Source: the human T2T-CHM13v2.0 reference genome, Homo sapiens. Taken from it: a DNA stretch of 64,000 bases. Where the stretch lies: assembly GCF_009914755.1 (NCBI RefSeq), contig NC_060946.1, one strand, 5' to 3'. Positions 1 to 15,000 of the stretch are shown here, one piece after another (position 1 is the first letter of the stretch; every line of letters begins with the position of its first letter). Position numbers and translations under genes: made by a program. The notes beneath the pieces are model-generated. The model was not told the origin of the DNA. It searched no databases and saw nothing but the letters and a program-made list of their open reading frames with translations.

Positions 1-3000
1 TCCATTCCTTTCCACACCATTCTAATCCATTCCATTCTACTCCTCTCCATTCCATTCCATTCCACTCCATTACATTCAATCGATTCCATTCCACTTCAAT
101 CCATTCCACTCCACTCCATTCCTATCCACTCCAGTCCACTCCACTACATTCTATTCCAACCCATTGCATTCTATTCCACTACACTCTATTCCACTAAAAT
201 CCATTCTACTCCACTCCATTCCATTCCATTCCATTCCATTCCATTCCACTCCACAGCACTCCACTCCACTCCACTACATTCCATTCCAGTCAATTCCACT
301 CCATTCCATTCCCCTCAACTACACTTCTCTTCACTCCACAACACCCTGTTCCTGTCTATTCCATTCCACTCCACTCCATTTCTTTCCATTACACTCCACT
401 TTATTGCATTACATTCAATTCCACTCCATTGCATTCCATTCCACTACACTCCTTTTCTTTCCATTCCACTCCACTTTATTCCATTCCATTCCATTCCACT
501 CCGTTCCATTCCATTCCACTACAATGCACTCCACTCCATTCCACTCCAATCCATTCCATTCCACTCCCCTCCATTCCATTCCACTACGTTCCATTCCATT
601 CTATTAAACTCCATTGTATTCCATTCCGTTCTACTCCACTTCACTCATTTCCATTCCATTCCACTCCACACCTCTACACTCCATTGCTTTCCAATCCATT
701 CCAATCATTTGCTATCCATTCCACACCACTCCATTCCATTCCACTCCACTCCTTTCCGTTCCACTGCATTCCATTCCTTTCCATTCCACTCCATTCCATT
801 TCCTTCCATTCCACTCCACCCCGTTCCACTCTGCTCCACTGTGCTCCACTTCATTGCATTCCATTCCATTCCACTCCATTTAATTCCACTCCACTCCATT
901 CCATTACACCCCACTCCATTCCACTCCACTCTATTCCACTGCCTTGCATTTCATTCCACTCAATTCCATTCCACTTCACTCCATTCCACTCCAATGCATT
1001 CCACTCCATTCTATTACTTTTGACTCCATTTCATTCCACTCCATTCCATTCTATTCCACTCCAATCCATTCCATTCAATTCCACTCCATTCCATTTCATT
1101 CCGTACCACCCCATTCCATTCCACTCCACTCCATTCCATCCATTCCATTCCACTCCAATCAATTCCATTCCATTCCACTCCACTCCATCTGTCTCCACTG
1201 CATTCCATTCCACTCCACGCCACTCCACTCCATTGCACTACAGTCCACTCCACTCCACTCTACTGAAATCGACTCCATTCCGTTCCACTCCACTCCACTC
1301 CACTGCAAGCAATTCCACTCCTCTCCATTCCATTCCAATCTAATCCATACCATTCCAAATCTATTTCATTACATGCCATTCGACTTCATTCCATTCCACT
1401 GCACTCCATTCCATTTCACTTAGTTCCATTCCATTCCATTCCACTCCGTTGCATTCCATTCCATTCCACTCCACTCCATACATCTCCATTCCATTCCGTT
1501 TCATTCAACTCCATTACATTCGATTCCATTCCACTCAAATCCAATCCATTCCACTCCACTGTTTTCCATTCCACTCCACTCCATTCCATTCCACTTCACT
1601 CCTTTCCATTCCACTCCATTGCATTCCATTGCATTCAACTCCATTCCATTCCATTTTTTTCAACTTCACGCTACTCCATTTAATTCCGTTACACTCCAGT
1701 CCACTACTATCCATTCCTTTCCAATCTATTCCACTCCATTCCATTCCATTCCACTCCACTCCATCCCATTCCACTCCACTCCTTTCCGTTCCAATCCATT
1801 CTATTCCATTCCATTCCACTCCATTCCACTACACTCCATTCCATTCCATTCCATTCCAAACGAATCCACTCGTCTCCACTCCATTCCATTCCACTCCATT
1901 CCATTCCACTCCATTCCATTCCACTCCACTCCATTCCACTCCAATCCATTCCACTCCACTCCATGGAACTCCACTCAATTCCAATCCATTCCTTTCCACT
2001 CCATTCCACTCCACTCCAGTCCTTTCCATACCAATCCAATCCATTCCACTCCATTCCATTCCGCTCCACTCCAATCCATTCCATCCCATTCCATTCCACT
2101 TAACTCCACTCCACTCTATCCCATTCCATTCCATTTCAGTCCACTCCACTCCAATCAATTCCACTCTACTCCACTCCTCTGTACACCACTGCACTCCATT
2201 CCAGTCCACTCCACTCCAATCCTTTCCACTCCTCTACATTCCACTCAACTCCAATCTTTTCCACTCCACTCCATTCCCTTCCACTCCATTCCAATCCACT
2301 CCATTCTACTCCACTCCATTCCATTCCATTCCACTCCATTTCATTCAATCCATTCCACTCCACTTCAATCCATTTCACTCCACTCCATTCCTATCCACTC
2401 TACTCCACTCTATTCCAACCCATTCCACTCCATTCCATTACACTCTATTCCACTAAAATCCATTCTACTCCACACCATTACATTCCATTCCATTCCACTC
2501 CACACCACTCCACTCCACTCAACTACATTCCCTTCCACTCAATTCCCCTGTATTTTATTCCACTCAACTTCACTCCTCTTCACTCCACAACACCCTTTTC
2601 CTGTCTATTCCATTCCACTCCACTCCATTTCTTTCCATTACACTCCACTTTATTGCATTACATTCAATTCCACTTCATTCCTTTCCATTCCACTCTACTC
2701 CGTTTCTTGCCATTCCACTCCACTTTATTCCATTCCATTCAATTCCACTCCATTCCATTCCATTCCACACCAATCCACTGCACTCCATTCCACTCCACTC
2801 CATTCCATTCAAATCCACTCCATTCCACTCCACTCCATTCCATTCCACTCCCCTCCATTCCATTCCACTCCGTCCCATTCCATTCTATTCAACTCCATTG
2901 CATTCCATTCCATTCCACCCCACTTCACTCCTTTCCATTCCGTTGCACTCCACACCACTACACTCCGTTGCTTTCCAATACATTCCATTCCATTGCTATC

Positions 3001-6000
3001 CATTCCACACCACTCCATTCCATTCCACTCCTCTCTTTTCCGTTCCAATCCATTCCATTCCATTCCTTTCCACTCCATTCCATTCTGTTCCACTCCACTT
3101 CACTCCATTCCACTCCTCTCCACTGTGCTCCACTTTATTCCATTCCATTCCATTCCACTCCATTCAATTCCACTCCACTCCATTCCCTTCCACCCCACTC
3201 CATTCGACTCCACTCTATTCCACTGCCTTGCATTTCATTCCCCCACACTCCATTCAACTCCACTCTATTCCACTGCCTTGCATTTCATTCCACTCCATTC
3301 CATTCCACCTCACTCCATTCCACTCCAATGCATTCCACTCCATTCTATTCTTTTCAACTCCATTCCATTCCACTTCACTCCATTCCATTCCACTCCACTC
3401 CATTCCATCCATTCCATTCCACTCCAATCAATTCCATTCCATTCCACTCCACTACTTTCGACTCCACTGCATTCCATTCCACTCCACGCCACTCCACTCC
3501 ATTGCACTACAGTTCACTCCACTCTACTCTACTGAAATCGACTCCATTCCGTTCTACTCCACTCCACTCAACTGCAATCAATTCCACTCCACTCCATTCC
3601 ATTCCTATATAATCCTTTCCATTACATTCCATTCGACTTCATTCCATTCCACTGCACTCCATTCCATTTCACTCCGTTCCATTCCATTCCATTCCACTCC
3701 ATTCCATTCCTTTCCACTCCGCTCCATGACACTCCACTCCATTAAACTCCACTCCCCACCTCTCCACTCCATTCCATTCCAGTCCACTCCATTCTACTCC
3801 ATTCCTTTCCATTCCATTCCATTCCACTCCACTGAACTCCACTGCACTCCACTCCACTCCATTCCACTCCACTGCACTCCACTCCATTCCATTTCATTCC
3901 ATTACATTACAATCCTCTCCATTCAATTCCTTTCCTTTCCATTCCATTGCACTCCATTAAATTCACTCCACTCAATCCCATTCCACTCCACTCCCATCCA
4001 TTCCATTCCATTCCATTCCATTCCATTCCATTCCATTGCACTCCACTCCATTCCATTCCATTCCAGTCTACCTTACTCTACTTCATTCCATTCCACTCCA
4101 ACTCCATTCCATTCCACACCACTCCAGTCAGTTCTACTGCATTCCCCTCCATTCATTTCATTTCACTACATTCCTCTCCACTCCACTCTAGTCCACTCCT
4201 CTCCATTCCATTCCAAACCACACAATTCCATTCCTCTCTACTCCAATCTATTCCACTCCAATTCATTCCAATCCACTCCACTCCATTTGACTCCTCTCAA
4301 TTCCATTGTACTCCACTCCATACCATTTCATTCTACTCCATTCCATTCCACTCCACTCCATTCCATTCCATTCAACTCCATTCCACTCCACTCCATTCTA
4401 TTCCATTCCACTCCACTACAATCCAATCAGTTTCACTCCCTTCCATTCCAGTCCACTCCATTCGACTCCACTCCTCTCTACTCCTCTCCATTCCACTCCA
4501 TTCCATTCCACTCCATTCCATTCCTCTCCAGTCCATTTTATTCCTTTCCAGTGCATTCCATTCCACTCCATTCCACTTCATTCCTTTCCTGTCTATTCCA
4601 TGCCATTCCATTCAATTCCATTCCATTCCTTTCCTGTCAACTCCACTCCATTCCTCTCCATTCTCCTCCACTCATTTCCTCTGCAATCTATTTCTCTTGA
4701 CTCCTTTCCACTCCGGTACATTCCATTCCATTCCATTCCATTCCATTCCATTCCATTCCACTTCTCTCCATTCGATTCAACCCCATAATACTCCACTCCG
4801 GTACACTATTTTCCACTGCACTCCATTGAATTCCATTGCATTCCATTCCTTTCCATTTCATTCCTTTCCATTCCATTCCACTCCACTCCACTCCTGTCCA
4901 CTCCACTCCAATCCATTCCATTCCATTCCATTCCACTGTTCTCCACTCCATTCCTCTCCACTCCATTGCACTCCACCTGACTCCATTCCATTTCATTCTA
5001 TTCCATTCCATTCCATTCCATTGCATTCCAGTACACTCCATTACACTCCATTGTATTCCACTCCACTCCACTCCATTCCATGTCTTTCTATTCCATTCCT
5101 TTCTATTCCATTCTATTCCACTCCACTCCATTCCATTGCACTCAACTCCACTCCGTTCCACTCCATTCCACTCCACTCCATTCCATTCCATTCCATTTTA
5201 CACCACTCCACTCCAAATCCATTCCATTCTATTCCACTCCAATCCACTGCACTCCATTCCTTTGCAATCCATTCAGCTCCATTCCATTGAATTGCCCTCC
5301 ACTCCTGTCCATTCCATTCCACTCCTTTCCTTTCCAATCCGTTCCCTTCCATTCCATTAAACCCCATTCCATTCCGTTCCACTCCATTCCATTCCATTCC
5401 ATTCAACTCCACTCCACTCCTTTCCATTCCGTTGCGTTCCATTAAATTCCATTCCACCCCAATCCACTCCACTGCACTCCGTTCCATTCCTCTCCATTCC
5501 ATTCCATTCCACTCCACCCTATTCCTCTCCAATCCACTCCATTGCACTCCACTCCATTCAACTCCACTCCGTAAAACTCCACTCCATTCCATTCCAGTAC
5601 ACTCCATTCTACTCCATTCCTTTCCATTCCATTCCACTCCATTCCTTTCCATTCCATTCCATTGCACTCTAATCTACTCCATTCCACTCCACTGCACTCC
5701 ACTCTATTCCAATTGATTCCGTTGCTTTACATTCCTCTCCATTCCATTCCATTCCATTCTATTCCATTCCTTTACACTCCATTAAATTCCATTCCACTCA
5801 ATTCTATTCCACTCCACTCCCATCCATTCCATTCCATTCCATTCCATTCCACTCCATTGCACACAACTCCTTTCCATTCCATTTCACTCAACTTCATTCC
5901 ATTCCACTACAATCCACTCCAGTCCACTAAATTTCACTTCACTCCAATCCATTCCATTACACTCCACTCCACATAAATCCACTGCTTTCTACTCCATTCA

Positions 6001-9000
6001 TTCTATTCCACTAGATACCCCTCCACTCCATTCCACTCCATTACATTCAATTCCATTCCACTGAACTCAATTCCACTGCATTACATTCAATTCCATTCCA
6101 CTGCACTCAATTCCACTCCATTCCACTCAACTCCATTCCATTCCATTCTATTCCACTCCACTCCACTCCATTTCACTCCACTGAATTTCATTCCAATATT
6201 CTCCACTCCGCTCCACTCCACTCCATTCCACTCCACTCCACTCCCCTCCACTCCACTCCCCTCTACTCCACTCCACCCCGTTCCATTCCACTCCACTACA
6301 TTCTTTTCCATTCCCTTCCTCTCCACTCCTGTCCTTTCCTCTCCACTCTACTCCACTACATTCCATTCCAATCCACTCCATTCCATTCCACTCTATTCCA
6401 CTCCACTCCACTCAATTCCACTCCACTCTTTTCGAGTCCACTCCACTCCACTCCATTCCATTCCAATCCATTCCACTCCACTCTAATCCAATCCTCTCCA
6501 TTCCATTCCAATCCACTCAATTCCATTCCACTCCACTCCATTCCATTCCACTTCACTTCATCCCATTCCACTCCATTCCACTCCACACCACTCCACCCAC
6601 TCCACTCTACTCCACACCCTCCATTCCATTCCAGTCCACTCCATTCCCTTCCAGTACTTCCAACTGCAGTCCATTCCATTCCACTCCACTCCAAACCACT
6701 CCATTCCATTCCACTCATATACATTCCGTTCCATTCCTCTCCACTCCTTTCGACTCCACTCCACTCCATTCCATTCCACTCCACTCCATTCCTTTCCACT
6801 CCACTCCACTCCCTTCCACAACGCCACATCCTATTCCATTCCATTCCACACCATTCAATTCCTTTCCATTCCATTCCACTCCATCCCATTACTCTCCCCT
6901 ACGCTCCATTCCACTCCACTCCATTCCACTCCACTCCATTCTACTCCTCTCCATTCCTCTCCACACCATTCCACTCCAATCAATTCCTTTCAATTCCTTT
7001 GCATTCCATTCCACTCCATATCATTCTATTACACTTCACTCCATTACACTCCAGTCCACTCCACTCCACATCAATCCACTGCACACCAGTAGACTCCATT
7101 CCGTTGCATTCCTTTCCATTCTATTACATTCCACTCCACTCCATTCCATTCCGTTCCATTCCATTCCATTCCACACCACTCCACTCCAATATAGTCCACT
7201 CCAATCCACTCTGTTCCCTTCCATTCCACTCCAATCCAATCCACTCCACTGCATTCCATTCCATTCCACACCACTCTACTCCAATGCAGTCCACTCCAAT
7301 CCACTCTGTTCCCTTCCATTCCACTCCAATCCAATCCACTCCACTGCATTCCATTCCACTGCATTCCATTCCATTCAACTTCATTTCATTCCATGATGTT
7401 CCACTCCATTGCCTTCCGTTGTATTCCATTCCTTTCCATTCCTCTCAATTCCACTCCATTCCACTCCACTCCACTCCATTCCACTCCAATCCTCTCTGTT
7501 CCACTCCAATCTACACCACTCCACACCACTCCTTTCCATTACATCCCTTTCCGTTCCATTCCATTCCACTCCACTCCACTCCATTCCATTCCATTCCACT
7601 CAACTCCCCTCAATTCCACTGCCCTACACTCACTTCCTCCACTCCACTCCTTTTCATTCCGTTCCACTTCATTTCACTCCACTCCACTCTATTCCAGTTC
7701 ACTCCATTCCTATCCAATCTGCTCCTCTCCACTCCACTCCATTGCACTCCATTCAATTCCATTCCACTCCACACCCTCAATTCAACTCCACTCCATTCCA
7801 CTCCACTCCATTAAACTCCACTCCTTTCCATTCCATTTCATTTCATTACACTCAGTTCCATTTCACTCCACTCCATTTCATTCCACTCCACTCCACTCTT
7901 TCCCCTCCATTCCACTCCATTGCATTCTTCTCCACTCCACTCCACACCACTCCATTTCTCACCACTCTGCTCCAATTCATGCCATTCCCTTCCACGCCAC
8001 TCCACTCCATTCCATTTCAGTTCATTCTACTCCATTGCATTCCACTCCACTCCATTCTACTCCATTGCATTCCACTCCACTCCATTCTATTCCAGTCCAT
8101 TCCATTCCAATCCATTCCATCGCATTCCATTCGACTCCATTCCATTCCACTCCACTCCAGTATGTTCCACTCCACTCCATTCCACTGCATTCCACTCCAT
8201 TACATTCTACTCCACTCCACTCTGCTCCACTCCACTCCATTCCATTTCACTCCACTCCACTCCATTCCATTCTATTCCATTCCATTCTACTCCAATCCAT
8301 TCCATTCCACTCCATTGCGCTCCACTCTGTTCGAATCAATTCCTCTCCATTCTAGTCCACTACTTTCCATTCCCTTCAAAACGAGTTCACACCGCTCCAC
8401 TCCATTCCACTCCATTCCATTTCACACCATTCCACTCCTTTCCTTTCCATTCCACTCCATTCCATTCCACTCCATTCCATTCCAATCTACTCTGGTTCAT
8501 TTCATTTACTCTCCTCCACTCCATTCCATTCCATTCCATTCCATTCCATTCCATTCCATTCCATTCCATTCCAATCCACTCCCTCCCACTACTCACCGTT
8601 TCATTCCATTCCATTCCATTCCACTGCAGTCCATTCCTTTCCATTCCACTCCTCTCCACTCCATTCGCCTCTATTCCATTCTAGTCCACTCAATTCAATT
8701 CAATTCCAGACCACTCCATTCCACTCCACCCCAGTCCACTGCACTCCATTGTACTCCACTCCACTCACTTCAATTCCACTCCACTCCATTCTATTCTATT
8801 CTACTATTTTCCATTCCGTTCAACTCCATTCCATTCCAGTCCACTCTACTCCACTGTCCTACACTCCATTCCATTCCATTCTTTGCCACTGCATTCCATT
8901 CCATTACATTCCATTCCCTTCCATTCAACTCTCTCCATTCCATTCCACCCCTCTCTGCGCCACTCTGCTCCACTCAATTCCACTCCACTGCTTTGCATTC

Positions 9001-12000
9001 CATTCCATTGAACTCCGTTTCATTCGAGTCCACTCCATTCCTAACCATTCCACTCCATTCCACATCATTCCATTCCTTTCCCTTGCTTTCCATTCCATTC
9101 CACTCCACTCCATTCCATTCCATTCCATTCCATTCCATTCCATTCCATTCCATTCCATTCGACTCCACTCCACTCCTTTCCACTTCACTCTTCTCCATTC
9201 CACTTCACTCCATTCCGTTCCTCTCCATTCCATTCCACTCCACTCCACTGCATTCCAGTCCACTCCATTCTATTGCATTCCATTCCATTCCACTCCGTTC
9301 CATTCCAAACCATTCCATTCCACTCCATTCAATTCTGCTCCATTCCATTTCACTTCACTCCACTCAATTCCATTCCACTGCACTGCACCACACTCCACTC
9401 CACCCCATTCCAATCCACTCCAATCCATTCCACTCCATTCCATCCCATTCCATTCCATTCCATTCTATTCCATTCCATTCCACTCCACTCAATTCCATTC
9501 AACTCCTCTCCATTACAATCCATTCCATTCCTCTCCACTCCACTTAACTCCACTCCACTCCATTCCATTATATTCCATTCCATTCCATTCCACTCCATTC
9601 AATTTCATTCCATACCACTCCACTCCATTCTATTCTCCTCCACTCCACTCCGTTCCACTCCACTCCATTCCATTCCACTCCACACTGCGACACTCTGTTC
9701 CATTCCATTCCACACCAATCCATTCCATTCCCCTCCGTTCCACTCCACACCACTTCACTCCACTCCACTCCATTCCATTCAATTCCATTCCACTCCATTC
9801 CATTCCATGCCACTCCTGTCCTTTCCAATGCATTCCATTACCCTCCATTCCATTCTGCACTACACCATTCCACTCCACTCCACTCCTTTCCACACCACTC
9901 CACTGCACTCCATTACACTCAATTACCCTCCACTGCACTCAACTACACTCCATTCCACTCAACTCCATTCCATTCTGTTCCATTCCATTCTATTCCACTC
10001 CACTCCACTCCATTTCACAACACTCCTTTTCATTCCAATACTCTCCACTCCGCTCCACTCCACTCCATTCCACTCCAATCCTGTCCACTCCCCTCTACTC
10101 CACTCCACTTCATTCCATTCCGGTCTACTCCTTTCCATTCCATTTCCTTCTTCTCCACTCCAGTCCTTTCCACTCCACTCTACTGCATTACATTCCATTG
10201 CAATCCAATCCTTTCCATTCCACTCTATTCCACTCTATTCCACACTACTCCACTCAATTCCACTCCACTCCATTCATTTCCACTCCACTCCACTCGATTC
10301 CATTCCATTCAACTGCACTCCACTACACTCTAATCCACTCCACTACATTCCATTCCTATCCACTCCACTCCACTCCATTCTATTCTACTCCACTCCGTTC
10401 CATTCCACTCCACTCCATTCCATTCTACTTCACTTCATTCCATTCCACTCCATTCTACTCCATACCACTCCACCCATTCCACTCTACTCCACCCCTCCAT
10501 TCCATTCCAGTCCACTCCATTGCCTTACAGTACATCCCACTCCAGTCCATTCAATTCCGCTCCACTCCAATCCACTCCATTCCATTCCACTCAACCACAT
10601 TCCTATCCAATTCTCTCCACTACATTCGACTCCACTCCACTCAATTCCACTCCAATCCATTCGATTCCACTCCACTCCACTCCATTCCTTTCCATTCCAC
10701 TCCACTCCAGTCCACTCTACTCCAGTGCACTCCGCACCATTTTTTTTCCATTCCTTGACATTGCATTATATTCCATTCCATTCATCTCTCTCCATTCCAC
10801 TCCACTCCACTCTTTTGCACTCCACTCCATTCAAATCCATTGCATTCCATGCCACTCCTCTCCATTCCATTCTATTCTATTCCACTCCATTCCATTCTTC
10901 TCCACTCCATTTCATTCCACTCCACTCCATTCCAATCCTTTGCACTCCATTCCACTCCATTCCATTCCCTTCCATTCCATTCCACTCCACTCCATTCAAC
11001 TCCATTCCATTCCACTACAATGCACTGCATTCCATTCCACTCCAATGCACTCCATTCCACTCCACTCCAATGCACTCCATTCCACTCCACTCCATTCCAT
11101 TCCACTGCACTCCACTTCTCCCCACTCGATTCCACTACACTACACTACACTACACTACACTCCATTCCAGTCCATTCCTCTCCACATCACTCCATTCCAC
11201 TCCACTCCATTCCATTCCAATCCACTTCACTCCAATGCACTTCATTCCTTTCCATTTCTCTCTATTCCCTTCCACTCCACTCTACTCTTCCCCACCATTC
11301 CATTCCACTCCACTTCATTCCATTGAACTCCTCTCTATTACATTCCACTCCATTCCACTCCACTCCACTTCTTTCCAATCAATGCAAGTCCATTCCACTC
11401 CATGCCACTCCATTCCACTCCTCTCCATTCCACTCCATTCTGTTCAACTCCTTTCTATTTCACTCCGTGCCATTTTATTCCACTCCACTTCATTCCATTC
11501 CACTCCATTCCACTCTACTGCATTCCATTATACTCCATTCCACTCCACTCCAATCCATTCATCTCCACTCCATTCCATTCCACTGCACGCCACTCAGTTC
11601 CACTCCACTCCATTCCCTTTCACCCCATTCCATTCCACTCCACTCCATTCCACTCCACTAAATTCCACTCCACTCTACTCTAATCCACTCCACTCCATTC
11701 CGTTCCACTCCACTCCACTCCACTCCATTCCACACCACTCCACTCCACTCCATTCCACTCCACTCCACTGAGTTCCATTCCACTCCACTCCATTCCATCC
11801 CATTCCACTGCTTTCCCCTACATTCCACTCCATTCCATTCCAGTCCACTCTACTCCACTGCTCTCCACTCCATTCCATTCCATTCCTTGCCATTGCATTG
11901 CATTCCAATCCATTCCATTCCATTCCATTCTCTCCATTCCACTCCACTATGTTTCACTCCACTCCATTCAATTTGACTATACTCCATGCCAATCCACCCC

Positions 12001-15000
12001 ATTCCATTCCATTCCACTCCATTCCATTGTAGTCTGCTCCATTTCATTCCACTATACTCCATTCCAATCCATTCCATTCCATTGCATTCAATACTATTCC
12101 CTTCCATTCCATTCCATTCCACTCCACTCCATTCCATTCCTCTCCATTCCACTGCACACCATTCCATTCCCCTCTACTCTTCTCCATTCCACTTCACTCA
12201 GTTCCATTCCACTGCACTCCTTTCCATTCCATTCCCCTCCACTCCATTACATTCCAGTCCACTCCATTCCAATCCACTCCATTCCATTCCATTCCCTAAC
12301 ACTCCACTCCATTCCACTTACCTCGATTCGATTCCATTCCACTCCACTCCATTCCATTCCACTCCATTCCACTCCAGTCCACTCCATTCCAGTACACTCA
12401 TTTCCATTCCACTCCGTTCCACTCCAGTCCGTTACGCACCACTCCACCCCTCTCCACTCCACAACATTCCATTCCAGTCCATTCAACTCCATTCCACTCC
12501 ACTCCACTCCATTGCATTCCACTCCAATCCCGTCCACTGCATGCCATTCCAATCCTCTCCACTCCACTCCACTCTACTCCACTCAACTCCATTCCATTCC
12601 ACCACACTCCACTCCATTCCACTCGACTCCATTCCATTCCACTACATTCTACTCCACTCCACTTCCTTCCCCTACACTCCACTCCATTCCTCTCCTCTCC
12701 ACTGCAGTCCACTCCATTGTAATCCACTCCATTCTATTCCACACCACTCCCTTCCATTCCTTTCCATTTCATTCCATTCCATTCCAATGCATTCCATTCC
12801 ACCCCATTCCACTCCACTCCATTTACCTCCAATCTTCTCCATTGCACTCCACTTCATTGCATTCCATTCCACTCCACTCCATTACATTTCAATCCCCTCC
12901 ATTCTATTCCATTCCTTTCCACTGCTCTCCACTCCACTCCCCTCAATTCCATTCCACACCTCTCCACTCCACTCCTCTATATTCCACTCCACTCAATTCC
13001 CTTCCATTCCTTTCCACTCCATTCCATTTCATTCCACTGCTTTCCCCTCCGTTGCACTCCATGTCATTGCAGTCCACTTTACTACACTGCCTTCCACTCC
13101 TTTCCATTCCATTCCTTGCCGTTGCATTCCATTCCATTCCATCCTATTCCACTCCATTCCATGCCACTCCACTCAATTCCAATCCTTTCCACTCCATTCC
13201 TCTCAAAATCATTCCCTTCTGTTCCATTCGATTCCATTCCACTCCATTCCTCTCAAAATCATTCCCTTCCATTCCATTCCATTCCATTCCACTCCATTCC
13301 ATTCCACTCCAATCTACTCCACTCCACCCATTCTATTTCACTCCTCTCCATTCCACATCACTCCATTCCATTCCAATCCACTCCTTTCTATTCAATTCCA
13401 CTCCATGCCATTCCTGTCTACTCTATTTCACTGTGCTCCAGTCCATTCCATTCCATTCCTTGCCATTGCATTCCTTTCCATTCCATTCTACTCCACGCCA
13501 TTCCATTCCAGTCCACTCCTTTCCTTTCAATTCCAATCCACTCCACTACATTCCATTCCACTCCTCCCCATTCCACTTAATTCCATTCCACTCCATTCCA
13601 TTCAATTGCACTCCATTCCACTCCACCCCACTCCATTCCACTGCACTCCATTGAAGTCCACTCCACTCCGTTGCATTCCATTTCACTCCCCTCCATTTCA
13701 TTTCACTCCATTGCAATCCTCTCCATTCCATTCCTTTCCACTCCCTTCCATTGCACTCCACTCCATTCCACTCCATTCCCCTCCATTCCATCACATTGCA
13801 TTCCACTCCATTCCACTCTATTTCATTTCCCTCAAATCCATTCCGTTCAACTCCATTCCATTTGTCACCATTCCACAGCACTCCACTCCATTCCACTCAA
13901 CTCCTTTGAATTCCATTCCTTTCAACTGCACTCCATTCCACTCCACTCAACTCCACTCCATTCCACTCCATTCCAGTCCACTCCATTCCATTCCACTCCA
14001 TTCCACTGCACTCAACTACATTCCACTCCATTCCACTTCACTCCACTCCACTCAACTCCACTCAGCTCCATTGAACTCCACTCCACTCCACTTCACTCCA
14101 CTCCACTGCAATCCATCTACTCCATTCCTTTCCACTCTGTTGCATTCCACTCCTCTGCATTCCATTCCACTCCATTCCATTCCATTCCATTCCACTCTAT
14201 TCTATTCAATTCCATTCCACTCCATTCCAGTACATTCCACTCCACTCCATTCCATTCCACTCCATTCCACTCCACTCCACTCCTGTGCACTCCACTCCAC
14301 TACATTGCATTCGACTCCCCTCCACTCCACTCCACTCTGTTGCATTCCATTCCATTCCATTCCAATCCATTCCACTACAATCCATTCCCTACCGCTCCAC
14401 GCCATTCCACTGCACTCCACTCTAATCCATTCCACTCCAGTCCACTCCATTCCACTCCACTCCACTCCATTCCACTCTATTCAATTCCATTCCGTTCCAC
14501 TCCATTCTATTCCTTTCTCCTCCATTCCATTCTACTACATTCCATTCCACTCCACTCCATTACATTGCATTCCATTCCATTCCACTGCTCTCCATTCCAT
14601 TCCCCACAAATCTTCTCCATTCTACTCCATTCCATTCCATTTCACCCTATTCCATTCCTCTCCACTTCACTCCACTGCACTCCATTCCACTCCCCTATAC
14701 TCTACTCCACTTCACTCCACTCTGTCCCAGTCCATTGCCCTCCATTCCACTCCATTCCACTCCAATCCCTTCCATTCCACTCCACTTCATTCCAGTGCAC
14801 TGCATTCCATTCCATTCCACTCCCCTCCCCTCCATTCCAGTCTACTCCACTTCACTCCAATAAATTCCAATCGACTCAATTCCACTGCACTCCACTGTAC
14901 TCCATTCCTTGTGTTCCACTACAGTCCACTTCTTTCCTCTCAACTCCACTCAATTCCACTCCACTCCACTCCACTCCATTCCAAACCACTCCATTCCACT

